Shown in pieces: positions 52,601 to 64,000 of a stretch of DNA of 64,000 bases. The position numbers and the translations under genes are program-made. The stretch is taken from assembly GCF_964204645.1 (NCBI RefSeq), contig NC_134026.1, positions 30,042,150 to 30,106,149 on the forward strand, written 5' to 3'. The DNA is from Tubulanus polymorphus (Eukaryota; Animalia; Nemertea). The stretch's first letter is position 1; each line of letters opens with the position of its first letter. Below the pieces are notes generated by a model, which worked only from the letters and a program-made list of their open reading frames with translations, did not search any database and had not been told where the DNA came from.

Positions 52601-55052
52601 ATTTACAACAACATTCACAACAACAACAACAAACCCCGAAACCGAACGATTCTCTGGAAGCGATTACTAATAAAGTGTTTGAAGATTTGTTTGATGCTAA
52701 TGGTGCATCAGTGTTTGATGAATTAGGTGTACTAGATCTAGAGAGTAAGGTATGTGTGTATCGATTGGTTAAACACTCTTGAGTCCGTGTTATAAAGATA
52801 TTTAATAAAAAATCCCACACTTAGAGTGATAAATAGAGTCTGAAATGTTTCCCTCAGTTAGAAGTTTCAATTTTATCCTTATAGGCCGCTAGAATTATAA
52901 TGCAATATTCCTGAAGATGACTTGTAGGATATTATCGAAATTACTAGCTCAAGGAAACATTTCAGACTCTTCAGATTCTTCACTCCTAGTATGTGATTGA
53001 GTAAATGTATCTGTTGTTCATTACTGCCCCTGCCCGCCGTCTGTATTTCAACCCGACTCATTTTCTCGCTGAACTTATTCATTTTTTAGGTGGAGGATAA
53101 AAGTCGATTATCGGTAAATACGAAAAGCGTCGGCGGAATCTTCCCGTTCAGTAAACGACGCAATTCGATCGATAAATCTGCGGCGGCCGTTCCTAAAAAC
53201 CGCAGACGTTCCAGTTTATCTTTATCTCAGAAGAATCTAGCGAGTCGACTCGCTGCTTTAAAGATTAAAGATCCAGATGGTGAGTTACGATAATTGGGTC
53301 CATTTTAGTTTCCATAGGCAACAATCAGTTTTCAAAACAATTTTTTTTTTGTATAGAGCAATCAATCTGTGTTGAAAATGGATCGTACTCAAACCACTTA
53401 ATTATACGAGAGAAATCCCACTATAATTCGGCCAAAAATGAAAAGATCGATATTTTGAGCAATTTTTTCGGCTACTGACTATTGGTCATTATCAGGCGTA
53501 GTAGATAATAGATTTAGATTTTAAGATTACGAATCAAACAAAGGAATTGTGAGTGAATAAAAAGTTGAAACAAGAATACAAATTAAAGTAATTTAAAAAA
53601 AGACCAGAAAACAAAGGTTGAATACAAATCAAGTAATGGCAAACGGCAAACTACCATTTTTTCTTCGTAATTGTGGGTTTTAGAACATCAGTAACTGTCT
53701 ACTTATAAGAAAAATCTGCAATAGAAAGAAACCATGAATTATTTTGATGTTTCGACTTAAATGCTATGAGCCATTTTCAAAAATGATTTATCTATGAAGT
53801 TATTATTAGCACTGTTCGAAATATATCAGTTTTTATAGCATTTGAGTCATAGTTTCTGAGCTGACAAGCTGGTTGAAACAGTTAAAGATGAATACCATGA
53901 TTACAATGAAGATTTAATTGTCATTATGTCATCTATTCACCTGTTGACTCGAACCAGCTTTTGAGCCGCTGGTCGTCGCATTCTAGCCAAACAACCTTAA
54001 TACTTGAATTGATTATTTCAGAGGAGAAGTTTTTTGAACTTCTCTCGAAGGTTCAGAGTCAACGATTGGACGATCAAAGAGGATTGTCAGACGCGTTCGA
54101 ATTACCGGAATTCCTGAAAGATGAAACGTTATTACGCAATACACAACGAAGCACGTCTGCCAATGATCTGTCAGACGGATTATTGTCCGTTTCGAACTTA
54201 AATAAATCTTACTCTCAACCGGAAGGATTAGACGTGGCTACACCTCGTCCTCGAGAACGATTGTCACCGACCCCGCAGAATTTATCACAATTCAACGACA
54301 GTTTTAACAACGATTTCATCGTTCCCTCTCACAACGAGGCTGAATCATTATTCACCGCTCAAAACTCGCAGACGTCGTCGCCAAATTTTCAAGATCCAAC
54401 TTTGACGAAAAAGAGCATACGCGACATCGGGTTCGATTATAGTTTTGACGGGAATGAATCGGTTTCATCTCAGCAGGATGAACGTCTGCGCGCTCGCGTT
54501 ACTCTGAACTCACCGTTCAATGAAATCGATCGAACCGTCATCGAACGCGGTTCATCGTTCGGTTCACAACGTTCGTCCGGTCAGTTCGATCTCGATCGTA
54601 CTCTCACCGATAGCACGACAGAATCCGGTCGAATGAATATCACAGTTCCGATCGGTTCATCGTCTTTAATTCTACCGAGACCGAACGTATATCCGAGAAC
54701 TCGCGTGGCGACTGACTCTAGGAGACCGGTCTCCTGTCCGCCGCCAGGACACACGCTTATTAACGGACCTGTATCGGCTAAAAAGCCTCCACCCGTTCCG
54801 GAAAAACCGGCGCAAAGAACTCTAACGAAAGCGTCGTCGTGCGCGAGCGTATCGGGGAAACCCCAATCGCTTCAATCAACTCATTTGAGTTTGAGTTTGA
54901 ATGAATATTCGAGTCGACCTTCATCTTGTATCGATTTACCATCTCCCTCGACGCATGATCTTATCGCGCCGTCTGTCGATGATGATTCTATTGTAAATAG
55001 TTCCTTTAATTCGTTGTGTCAGCAAGAAGATGTGAAAGTTACTTTTGTATAA
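40616..55052 (+). CDS. RGS12: Regulator of G-protein signalling 12 (loco); exons 40616-42754, 43954-44073, 47225-47434, 47515-47601, 47695-47841, 48552-48722, 48950-49061, 49306-49409, 49608-49766, 50157-50354, 50706-50796, 52538-52749, 53090-53279, 54022-55052
   Basis: PDZ (GYGFTISGQQPCILSCIV), PTB (VGYVGSIE...CPDDKKFFGL), RGS box (FLKKEFSEENIVFW...MKHDSYVRFLKS), two RBDs, GoLoco (FFELLSKVQSQRLDDQRG) and C-terminal TFV; phases join. Confidence 0.95.
43288..43576. mobile_element. piggyBac-like MITE
   Basis: TTAA|CCCTTTCAGTGC...GCACTGAAAGGG|TTAA; internal repeated TACACCGCAGTGCGGTGTA palindromes; left-end fragment also at 30633-30696. Confidence 0.85.
43890..43946. repeat. (ATT)n microsatellite just upstream of a 3' splice site
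   Basis: Read directly. Confidence 0.85.
45427..45564. mobile_element. Harbinger-like palindromic MITE with CWG flanks
   Basis: CTG|GGGCCAGTTGCACAGTCGTGACTTA...TAAGTCATGACTATGCAACCGGCCC|CAG. Confidence 0.75.
46471..47170. repeat. Minisatellite: 28-bp unit GTGTTYGACCTGATGAGGTTTCCTGYAA (about 18 copies) grading into a 20-bp unit GTGTTTAACCTGTTCAGGAA
   Basis: Tandem units read directly. Confidence 0.95.
47925..48024. repeat. CT-rich microsatellite (CCCTCTCTCT)n
   Basis: Read directly. Confidence 0.9.
48229..48418 (-). mobile_element. tRNA-derived SINE
   Basis: Minus strand has an A-box TAGCTCAGTTGG and B-box GTTCGAAAC at tRNA spacing, followed by an unrelated body of about 110 bp; no complete cloverleaf. 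Confidence 0.65.
49961..50117. mobile_element. TIR element; related relic at about 53402-53683
   Basis: GAGAATCCCACAATAAAAACGAGAAAA...TTTTCTCGTCTTTATTGTGGGATTCTC. Confidence 0.7.
51175..51347. mobile_element. Degenerate Tc1/mariner-like MITE
   Basis: TACAGTCAAACCCA...TGGGTTTGACTA inverted ends. Confidence 0.55.
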
Positions 55053-55514
55053 AAGTCGTCAGTTGGTTTTTCAGCGAGTCTTCCATTATTTAATCCTATT
55101 AGATGATAATTCAATCAGCTGTAATGTTGGTATTTTATAGAATGGTGAATGAAGTTGGTTTTGTGCAACATTTTGTAAATGCTGTTATAAACGCTTCATC
55201 ATTATTTCCAATATTCAAGGCATAATTTGTATGAAATAAATAAATTCAAACCTGGATGTAAACAGTGTGTAGTGTATGATATGTATTGTTAGTGTTAGAG
55301 TACTGTATATATGTGTAATGCGTTGTACAGTATTTTAGTTAGGTCTAATTCTGTGATAGATGTATTTTAGAATATGCTTGAAGCTTGTAGTCCGTAAGCT
55401 AGTTCAGTTACTACATCTACAAACTATAACAGCTTCATCATTCAATTACAGGAGAACGCACCTTTTTTTTAAGTTTATGCATTTAATATGACTGTGCTGT
55501 ATTGGATTCCTATC

Positions 55515-55689
55515 CAGTAGACTCCACTCAAGTCGGATCTTTTTGGATTGTGAAAGTCTTCCCGACTAGAGAGCGATATCCGAGTTAAATGCTACAAAAT
55601 AATTTGCATAAGGTCAAAAATTGTATTTTTTTGAAACATGTGTTAAACTCTTTGGAGTTGATCGGATCCGACTTGAGCAGAATCTACTG
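55515..55689. mobile_element. Tc1/mariner-like MITE within the probable RGS12 3' UTR
   Basis: CAGTAGACTCCACTCAAGTCGGATC...GATCCGACTTGAGCAGAATCTACTG|TA. Confidence 0.75.
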
Positions 55690-57610
55690 TATTTGTTCCA
55701 GGACGGTTTAGTTATTCTAGTTTTCGGTACCGTATCAATAAATCAAAAATAATGATTTGTAAAAAAGCTTTGTATCAATGAAGATATTTGAGGCTGTTTT
55801 TTTACATATATTTATACCAGTAGAAATGTATATAAGTACTGTACGTATTTAGTGTTACTATTTTATGAATGTTATCTGTGATACTGAATTAATATATACA
55901 CACACAGTTCAACTATACCCTAGATCTTCCTAACAGCTATTTTTTACATAGACCTGTACAGTATTTCGTTGTTATTTTTCGTGATGTAGAAAATATTTCT
56001 GAGGTTTTATAGACGTATTGTAGGTTATATAGACGACAGATATGTACGATGTATATTGCGGGTTAGAGGACACATATGTACGTATAGTATGCATAGATAG
56101 TATTTGTTTTAATAGTATAGAGTGGCTCAATATTGTACGATATCATCTTTCAACAGCTTTTCATAATACTGAAACGTAAACTTGTAGTTTGTAAAGAATA
56201 ATCAACGAAATCAAAATCATGAACCTTAAATAGATTTGAATACAGAGATAGTTGTTGTTTTATTGTTGTTGTTGAGTAGTTTTGATATGAATGTATATTT
56301 GTTACTGTTATTGTTTAGATGTAATACTATAGGGATCTATTAGTAGAAAAGCCGCCCTGATTCATACATGGTGAATATAGAGAGATCATATATAGAAAAC
56401 TTGCTATATACAAATTTAGCTGTTAAAAAACTATATATATATTAAAGATCCAAAATCAAGACCCACCGGATGATGGTCTCTAGAGTGCAAAATCTTGTGT
56501 ACCGGTAATTCTAATATTCGATCTTTGGTAAATTTTGTTTCGAAATTTCAGTTGAAAATTTGTATATAGTGAGTTTTACGTGTATTAGGGGTCTATTATC
56601 AAGGTAGCATGTGACGGTCACTACAGTCCCAGCTCACACAATGTCATTGTTTAGAATACCTCATATAGATCAATGATGATCTGTTGTAGTGAAATTCATG
56701 TAAATATTACATACAGAATGTCTGTAAGATTGTTGTATAGTGTTATACACGTATAATTGAGAGAAATCAGTAGCAGGTTTAACTCTAGTTTAGTGTCACT
56801 AATTTTGGTGCCTCTAAGGCTAACGTCTACCGGTGTATAACGAATGTACTGTAAACGTGTAAGATGTAAAATCGTTGAAGTTTTTATTGTAAATAAACAG
56901 TTATGACATTACTCGAGATATTGTGCTACTACTTAAAAAGAAAACTTGCTCTTATTTGTGCCTATATACTGTGTATTTGGAGGGTAGGGATTAGATAACT
57001 ATGATGTCTGCAAATAGATATCTATCATAGGTGATTTGTTTCCATTCAGCAATAAGGGTTGATACCTATTTTTAACTCAACTAGTACAATTATTGCAATT
57101 ATCAAAATATTTTATTTTGATCTCAACAAATATCTGTTCTCTTCTACAGTAAATTAAGAAATTATTGCCATGTTTTTTTTTTCTTTCTTGAAAACCGATC
57201 ATGAGATGAGTTGGCAATTTTACATTTTTAGTCATCGAAACAGTTGATTCCTCTGTGTATTGCAGTATTGTGTTTGGGATACAGCTTTCTGTAACTGGAG
57301 AAAAAAAGATTAATAAAAATATTGTCTTTAAAATAGCTTCGTGGCGTCAACAGTTCATTTTAGGAGGAGACGTTTAGAGTTTGTCGATAAATAGAGCATC
57401 ATCAGGACAGGGGCAGACATCGCGCAGTAGGACTCGAACCTAATGGGTTACTTCCAGGTTAAAACCGAATCCCGATAAATGGGGACCTGAGATCATGACC
57501 GCAACGTGCTGCCCCTGTGTAAATCATTGGCGGTAAATGTGTGAACTAACTTATCTACCAACTCGAATACGAAACTCAACTCCAGCAGGTGCTGCCCTCT
57601 GAACAGCTTG

Positions 57611-57624
57611 GTTACTATAACAAC
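57611..57624 (+). promoter_or_regulatory. RFX X-box upstream of CFAP58
   Basis: GTTACTATAACAAC closely fits GTTRCY-AT-RGYAAC, about 100 bp before the ATG of a motile-cilia gene; ETS-like CGGAAGT adjacent. Confidence 0.7.
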
Positions 57625-57719
57625 GCTCGTACACGGAAGTAGCTGACTGAACTGAATTAAATTATTTCGATTTTCACTGTTTTACGGACAAAACTGCGTT
57701 TAAGTCGCTTTCTTAAAAG

Positions 57720-60700
57720 ATGAGTGAGGTAAATAGGCATTCTTTATTAAAATTTGAGTAGTAGAATTTCCTAATATAAGTTGGATTACAATAGTAGAAC
57801 ACTGAACATCCGTGCATCTTTTTTTGATTGACAAAAAGTCAAGAAACCCAAAAATGTATTCTAATCTCTACTACGTAATTAATAAAAAAATTAATAGGGC
57901 CTATAAAGTAGGGCCTAATAATTAATTTAGTATAGAAGAGTAGAGCTAGAGAAGGCCTCTAATCTATCCTTTCTTAACCTTTTTCACTCCCTCCTACTGT
58001 TTTCAATTTTTTGGGCCTGCCCTGGATCCTTGGCTTCTGAGAGCTTCAATCTGCATTCAGAAAGATTGAGATTTTATTTGTTTTTATTTGTAGACAGAGA
58101 AGAAAGATGCCGGAAAGGAGAAAGTTGCTATTGACGATAGCGCATTTGAAGCGCTGGAAAAAGATTTCCAAGAGGTAAAATGAACCTTTCTTGTAACAGG
58201 CCTGGGTCTTGAAAACAAAGGTACGAAAGTGAAGGTGAATTAATGAGAAAAATGATTCCAACTATTACAGGTTTTAGCGGAATTAATGGGAGACAAGAGT
58301 CTCGAGAAATTCAAAGTCGAATATGAAAAGTTGCACAAAGCGTTGAAGAAATCGCACGAAAGCGAAAAACGTCTGATGCAAAAATGTCGCGAGTTGAACG
58401 CGGAAATTGTGGCCAACTCAGCGAAGGTTCAAACAGCGTTGAAATTGTCTCAGGAAGATCAGGCAACAATCGCTTCACTAAAAAAGGTAAAACAGTTATC
58501 TCAGTGGTAGTTCCCACCAGGGAATTAGGAACTTCACAATCATATTTCGTTATTCGGGTGATTTTCCTCTTATTCGGGAACTATTTGGGAAATTCATTTT
58601 ACACTTCATGTATCATACATAGTTCAGGGATGTCAATATTGCTTTTGGCAATTTTTCTTGAAAATCACGTTCATCAACCAGAGTCACCGCTAAAATTGTG
58701 ACGTATTGAAAATTCACCTATGAAATACTTTTGGAATTTTGAATTCATGTAACTGTAGGAACAAAGTGTAGGCCTACCCCTTAAATACAGTTTATTTGAC
58801 TCGTTGTTAGGAAATTGAAAAAGCCTGGAAGATGGTTGATGCGGCTCATGAGAAGGAAACTAGAGCTCGTGAAACAATCCAACAACTGAAATTAGAGATT
58901 TCTAATTTGAGTAAACTGGTTGAACAAGGAGCTGGTCTGACTATGGGACAAGAACATAGGTATCTATTGAGTTTAAATCCTGTGAAGAGAAACTTCTAAA
59001 ACTTGCATTTTTGGAACAAATTCTACATTTGATTCTAAGGATATCATTAAAAGATTGGAAATTAACTACTGGTTACTGGTAATCTTAACTTGAGAGTCTT
59101 AACTAAGAACTGGATCATTTGTTTGATGAACCTATACAATATTTCAGCGTGAATGAACTGCTGAAAATAAAGGAAGATTTGACAAAAGAAAGAGATGAGA
59201 ATTTACAAGAGATTGTGAAACTGAGAGAACAGGTGACAGGTATGCAGGATCAACAACAAAAACTAGAACAGGACAGGGATGAGGCGAACCAAAAGATATC
59301 TGAGGTAATGTTGTAAAATAATATCATCAAAGATAAATGAATGAACTTAAACTTCGCCTGATTCGGTAGCGTTGGGACTTTAGTGTTTCACCGGTATTTG
59401 TAAATCTAAAATTACAGTTAACTCAAGATATTCAAATGAGAAGCAACGAAGCCCAGAGGGAATCGCGTAAGAAAGAAAAAACTGAACGCGAATTGAAACA
59501 GTCTCGAGCGGAACTGGACGCGAAAACAAACGAAATCAAGAATATGACTCATCAAATTGAACGCTATAAGGCCGACGTTTCTAAATTAGAACAACAACTT
59601 AAAGAGCAGCGAGTAAGTTTTCAACTAATGTCAGTTATTGTTTTATTTTGCTTTATGTTGTTTTCCAATTCTAATCTGTTTGATTGTTCATTTAACCTCA
59701 AGACAGGGTGGCCTTAGAAGTGCTACCTACAGGACTGGAACCTGCTTGTCACTGAGAATGAATGCAACAGCATTTCACCTACCGCCCTCCCACTGAGATA
59801 CTGAGGCCTAATATTAATGAATCTAGTATTAATGAATATTAAATATTTATAACACATATTTATGTTTGTAGATTATGTACGAAAGATCAGTGAAAGAATA
59901 TGATATTTTGAATGCAAGATTCCAAAAATTGCAACAAGATTTTGAAGCTCAGTTGATCGGAGCCGATCAGCTAGCTGGAGAAAATCAACAGCGAGTTGCT
60001 GAACTTAAAGTTTGTATCAAATTCACAGATTGAATCTGTTGTCTTTTTACAAAAGGGTCAGATATATGTGAAAAAATAGATACCTGCTAAAAGAATTTGA
60101 AAAATCTGTGAAAAATCATGAAGATTCCAAAAAAAGTGTCTTCATATGAAATTTCATTTTAATCTGTCCAGTAACTTTTTATGCTAAATTATACCCATCG
60201 ACATGAAAAAATTCATCTAACTCTAAAAAAGTTCTTGAGTTCATCTATCTGATCCTTGTAAATTGTTTATAGAAATTTCACATGTGAAATCATTTCATTC
60301 TTTTCCAGCAAAGAGAAGACGAAGTGAACGCTCTGAAAACTGAAACTCAGAGAATGAATAAAATGCGTGAAACAATTCAACGTAAATTGCGTAATATCGA
60401 AGACTCAAAAACTGAAGTTGAACAACAGAAAGAAACTTTGAAAAATCAAATCACTGGATTAGAACGAGGTATGACAATATTCATCGTATTCGGGGTGGTG
60501 TCCCATAGGGACAAGATCTGAGGGTCTTACTAAATTTTCAGGGTGAAATGATTAGAAAGGTCATTCTGGAAGTACCCTTTCATAAAAAATGTGCATTCTA
60601 ATACATCGAGCACTATGATATTTTGAAGGTCTATTGAACGCCCTCGATGTACCTTTAGTACTTTCTTCTAGTTAAACTGGCTATTCTAAATCTCTCTTAC

Positions 60701-63638
60701 TTTTATATAAACTAATAGAACTGGAGGCGAGCAAGAAACAAGCTGAACAGGACAAAAAGGCTATCGATGATTTGGTCCGAGAAAGAGATATTCTGAACAA
60801 GGTAAACAATCAGTTTTAGAAATTTAAGAAATCAGATTGAAATTTAACAGATGTGAACATCGTAATTATCTTTAACTAAGGAGTGAAATATATGAATATT
60901 TAATGAGGTGAATGAGACTGGTCACGATGTAATTCAGTATCGCATGCTGTAGATACTTATTACTTGTAATAAATTAATAATGTATGAATTGTTGATTAAA
61001 GTCAAACCGATGTCGTCGTCTAATTGTAGAATATGTTAAAAGCGGCGAGCGCCACGCAGAAACAGATGAACCTCGTCAAACTACACGAACAGTCGAAGAA
61101 AAATCTAGAGCAGGAAATACAGAATTATAAAGAGGAGGCGCTTAAACAGAGGAAGATTATCTATCAACTGGAGAAAGAGCGCGATCGTTACATCAACGAA
61201 GCATCTGATCTTACTCAAAAAGTATGTCTTAATCGGATAGTTTGTGAAATTACGAAATGTACGTTCGTAATATTGATTTTTGTTTGATCTGTTTCGCTGT
61301 TAGGTCTTACAACACATGGAAGATGTTAAAGTTCGAGAAATGCAAATATTCGATTACAAGAAGAAAATCGCTGAGGCAGAAACTAAACTTAAACAACAGC
61401 AGAATCTGTACGAGGCTGTTCGAAGTGATAGGAATTTATACAGTAAAAACTTGATCGAAAGTCAGGTAAAAAAGTTACACAGTTACACAGTTCTGAGTTA
61501 AAATTTGACTTCAAATAGGACAGAATTTGTTTAATTTGGGTTTTTCAATCTGGATTTTTGCTAACTTCCCTTGAAATATTGATCCATTTGAACTATTAAT
61601 TTTAAGAAAAATTTCGCTTATTTTGGAGAAATCTGGGCAGTCCCTTATTATCCAAATTCAGTGAATTTTCCTGTATTCGGAAATAAACTAATTGCTGGAG
61701 TCAGTGTGAAATGAGATCTACGGAACTGGCGTATGAAATTCTGAAATATTTTCTTAATCAATCATTCATTTGATATTCGCCTCTGTACAGGATGAGATTA
61801 CTGAAATGAAACGAAAGTTGAAAATCATGAATCATCAAATCGATCAATTGAAAGAAGAGATTTCATCGAAAGAAGCAGCATTAGTTAAAGAACACCTGGA
61901 ACATCATCGCGTCGAGAAAGAGAAAGAAGCTTTGAAAGCGGAATTACAGCGAATGAAACAACAAGCCGTCGATAGCAAGGCTTACATCGAAGCTCAAGAG
62001 GCAGAGGAACGAAAACTATTGAAGATTATTTCTGAAGCGGACGCGGAACGTGTACGGCAGAAGAAAGAGTTGGATCAGGTGATCAGCGAACGAGATATAC
62101 TCGGTACACAGCTCGTAAGACGTAACGATGAGTTAGCGTTACTTTACGAGAAAATTAAAATTCAACAATCGACGTTGAACAAGGGAGAAATTCAGTATAA
62201 TCAACGACTGGAAGATATCAGAGTTCTGAAACTTGAGATCAAGAAATTGAGACGAGAAAAGGGAATTCTACAGAAAAGTGTCGCCAATGTTGATGACTTG
62301 AGGTAAGTAGTATAGTAATGTACTCATGATGAGGAAGGGTCTAGAATATGAATAAGTGATCCTCATGAATTGTTTCATTTAGACGTGAAGTTTATCATAT
62401 TCAACGTGAACTGCTGCGAGAACGAACGAGATGTAAAGCTCTCGAGGAAGAACTTGAGAATCCTATGAATATTCATAGATGGAGAAAACTAGAGGTACGT
62501 TCGGAAATACTATCTACTAGCTACTGGTCAATAGATTGTACAGGGGCAGGCGGATCTAGTGTAAGACTGGGTCCAGAAGTAAAGAAGAGGCATTTCTCGG
62601 ATAAAGTAGCCATGTCAAAGGCCACTTCTTGTTGGGTCCTTACCTCGGTGTTAATACATTTTTGAAGAAACTAGAAGATGCAAATTACAAGTGGATGAGT
62701 ATCAAATTTGTAGGTTTTAACAATCTTTGTCTTGATGAAAGGGGCAAGTTCATTGGAAAGGCAGGGGTCCGGACCCCGACAAAACTCCCCAAATCCACTC
62801 CTGTAGTTCCAGTAGATACAAATTGTTATAATTGATCCGATGTATTTTTGTAGGGAAGTGATCCGAGTACATACGAAATGATTCAGAAGATACAAACGCT
62901 TCAGAAACGACTAATCGCTAAAACTGAAGAAGTCGTCGAAAAAGAACTTTTGATTCAAGAGAAAGAGAAATTATACGTAGAGTTGAAGCATATACTGGCT
63001 CGACAACCAGGTCCTGAGGTCGCTGAACAATTACAGATCTATCAACAAACATTGAAAGAGAAAACTAAACAAATGAAGGTATGAAATTCAGTCTAGATTA
63101 TAGTTGAAAATATATTTCTATCAATTATAAACAACGAGTAATAACTGAGTTGATTTGTTTGTAGACGATGGCTTCAGAGTTGAATATGTACGAATCACAA
63201 ACCAATGAATATAAATATGAGATCGAGAGATTGGCGAGAGAACTACAGGAGGTCAAGAAAAAATACTTCAACCAAAAGAAAAAAGAACAACAAATCAAGT
63301 AAGTTGGAAATGTGTATCGAATGGGCATCTGGCAGGGGTTCTTTCCTGCTGTAGTTTCGAGGGGACTACATGATTAATGAACGAAATAGAAATAAATTTT
63401 TCAATATTTCATAGATGGTACTCAGGCTCACCAGCAGAGCTGGGGCACATGCGTTTAATTGCCAGAGTTATCAGATGACATTTTGAATATTTCTATATCT
63501 GATTCTTTTAGGGAACGTGATCGAGCTATAGCACAAGCTGGAGCCCCGGTGATTCAACCTCAGAGAACTGATGGGCCAAGATTTACTGGTGGTGGATTCA
63601 ATTTAAAACAATCGCAACAACCTAAAGCTGTAGCTTAA
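57720..63638 (+). CDS. CFAP58: Cilia- and flagella-associated protein 58 (CCDC147), 17 exons, complete
   Basis: MSE|...AFEALEKDFQEVLAELMGDKSLEKFKVEYEKLHKALKKSHESEKRLM, KLKQQQNLYEAVRSDRNLYSKNL, ERDILGTQLVRRNDELALLYEKIKIQ, LEEELENPMNIHRWRKLEGSDP, RFTGGGFNL; stop at 63636-63638. Confidence 0.95.
59720..59807 (-). mobile_element. Decayed tRNA-like/SINE fragment in a CFAP58 intron
   Basis: Minus strand GCCTCAGTATCTCAGTGG (A-box-like) and GCAGGTTCCAGTCCTGT (T-arm/B-box-like). Confidence 0.4.
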
Positions 63639-64000
63639 CATTCAATGATTCGACCTCGTATTTTAGCCTCCTAATTTATGGATTCTATTGAATTACTGCT
63701 TATAATTTTCACCTTCAATTCCGTCCATTAAATGAATCTATTTATGTCTGAAATTGTTTAATTATATTGTTTTATTTGATTCGATTGATTATTACTCGGT
63801 AAAACTCTGTGATACGTGATTGTAACTTATTTTTACTATAGATAAATAAAGCTAATTCATGCAATTCGAAATATGAATAGTTTTATTTCGGGGCTTTTGC
63901 AACAAGACAATTGGGATTTGCAGGATATGCTTTTAGATATTTCAAATTACGGAAAAACATGAATGTTCACTATGTCCACCCACAAGTATTTGGTAATGGA

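Overview
Compact, AT-rich animal genomic DNA with GT-AG introns of mostly 70-300 nt; probably an invertebrate bilaterian, though species cannot be determined here. Nine spliced genes can be assembled by hand: FGF8/17/18-like (+, 5' end probably outside the window), nucleoplasmin-like (-), SIL1 (+), WDR54 (-), ADF/cofilin (-), TBC1D12/14 (-), a fast-evolving 12-exon gene with UIM-like, Abraxas-binding-like and UBZ4 motifs that may be a cryptic RAP80/UIMC1 (+), RGS12/loco (+) and CFAP58 (+). Introns carry many small non-autonomous elements (Harbinger/Tourist-, Tc1/mariner-, piggyBac- and hAT-like MITEs, tRNA-derived SINEs) and a 28-bp minisatellite. Main points of interest: the RAP80 candidate; an ancient FGF8-NPM linkage within a gene set matching the human chr 4/5/8(2)/10 paralogon; two in-frame RGS12 microexon candidates with UGC/Rbfox signals plus a candidate internal first exon; and an FGF8-beta1-like cryptic exon in the FGF intron. 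All homology calls rest on recalled family motifs, not database searches. No prokaryotic features or CRISPR arrays were seen.
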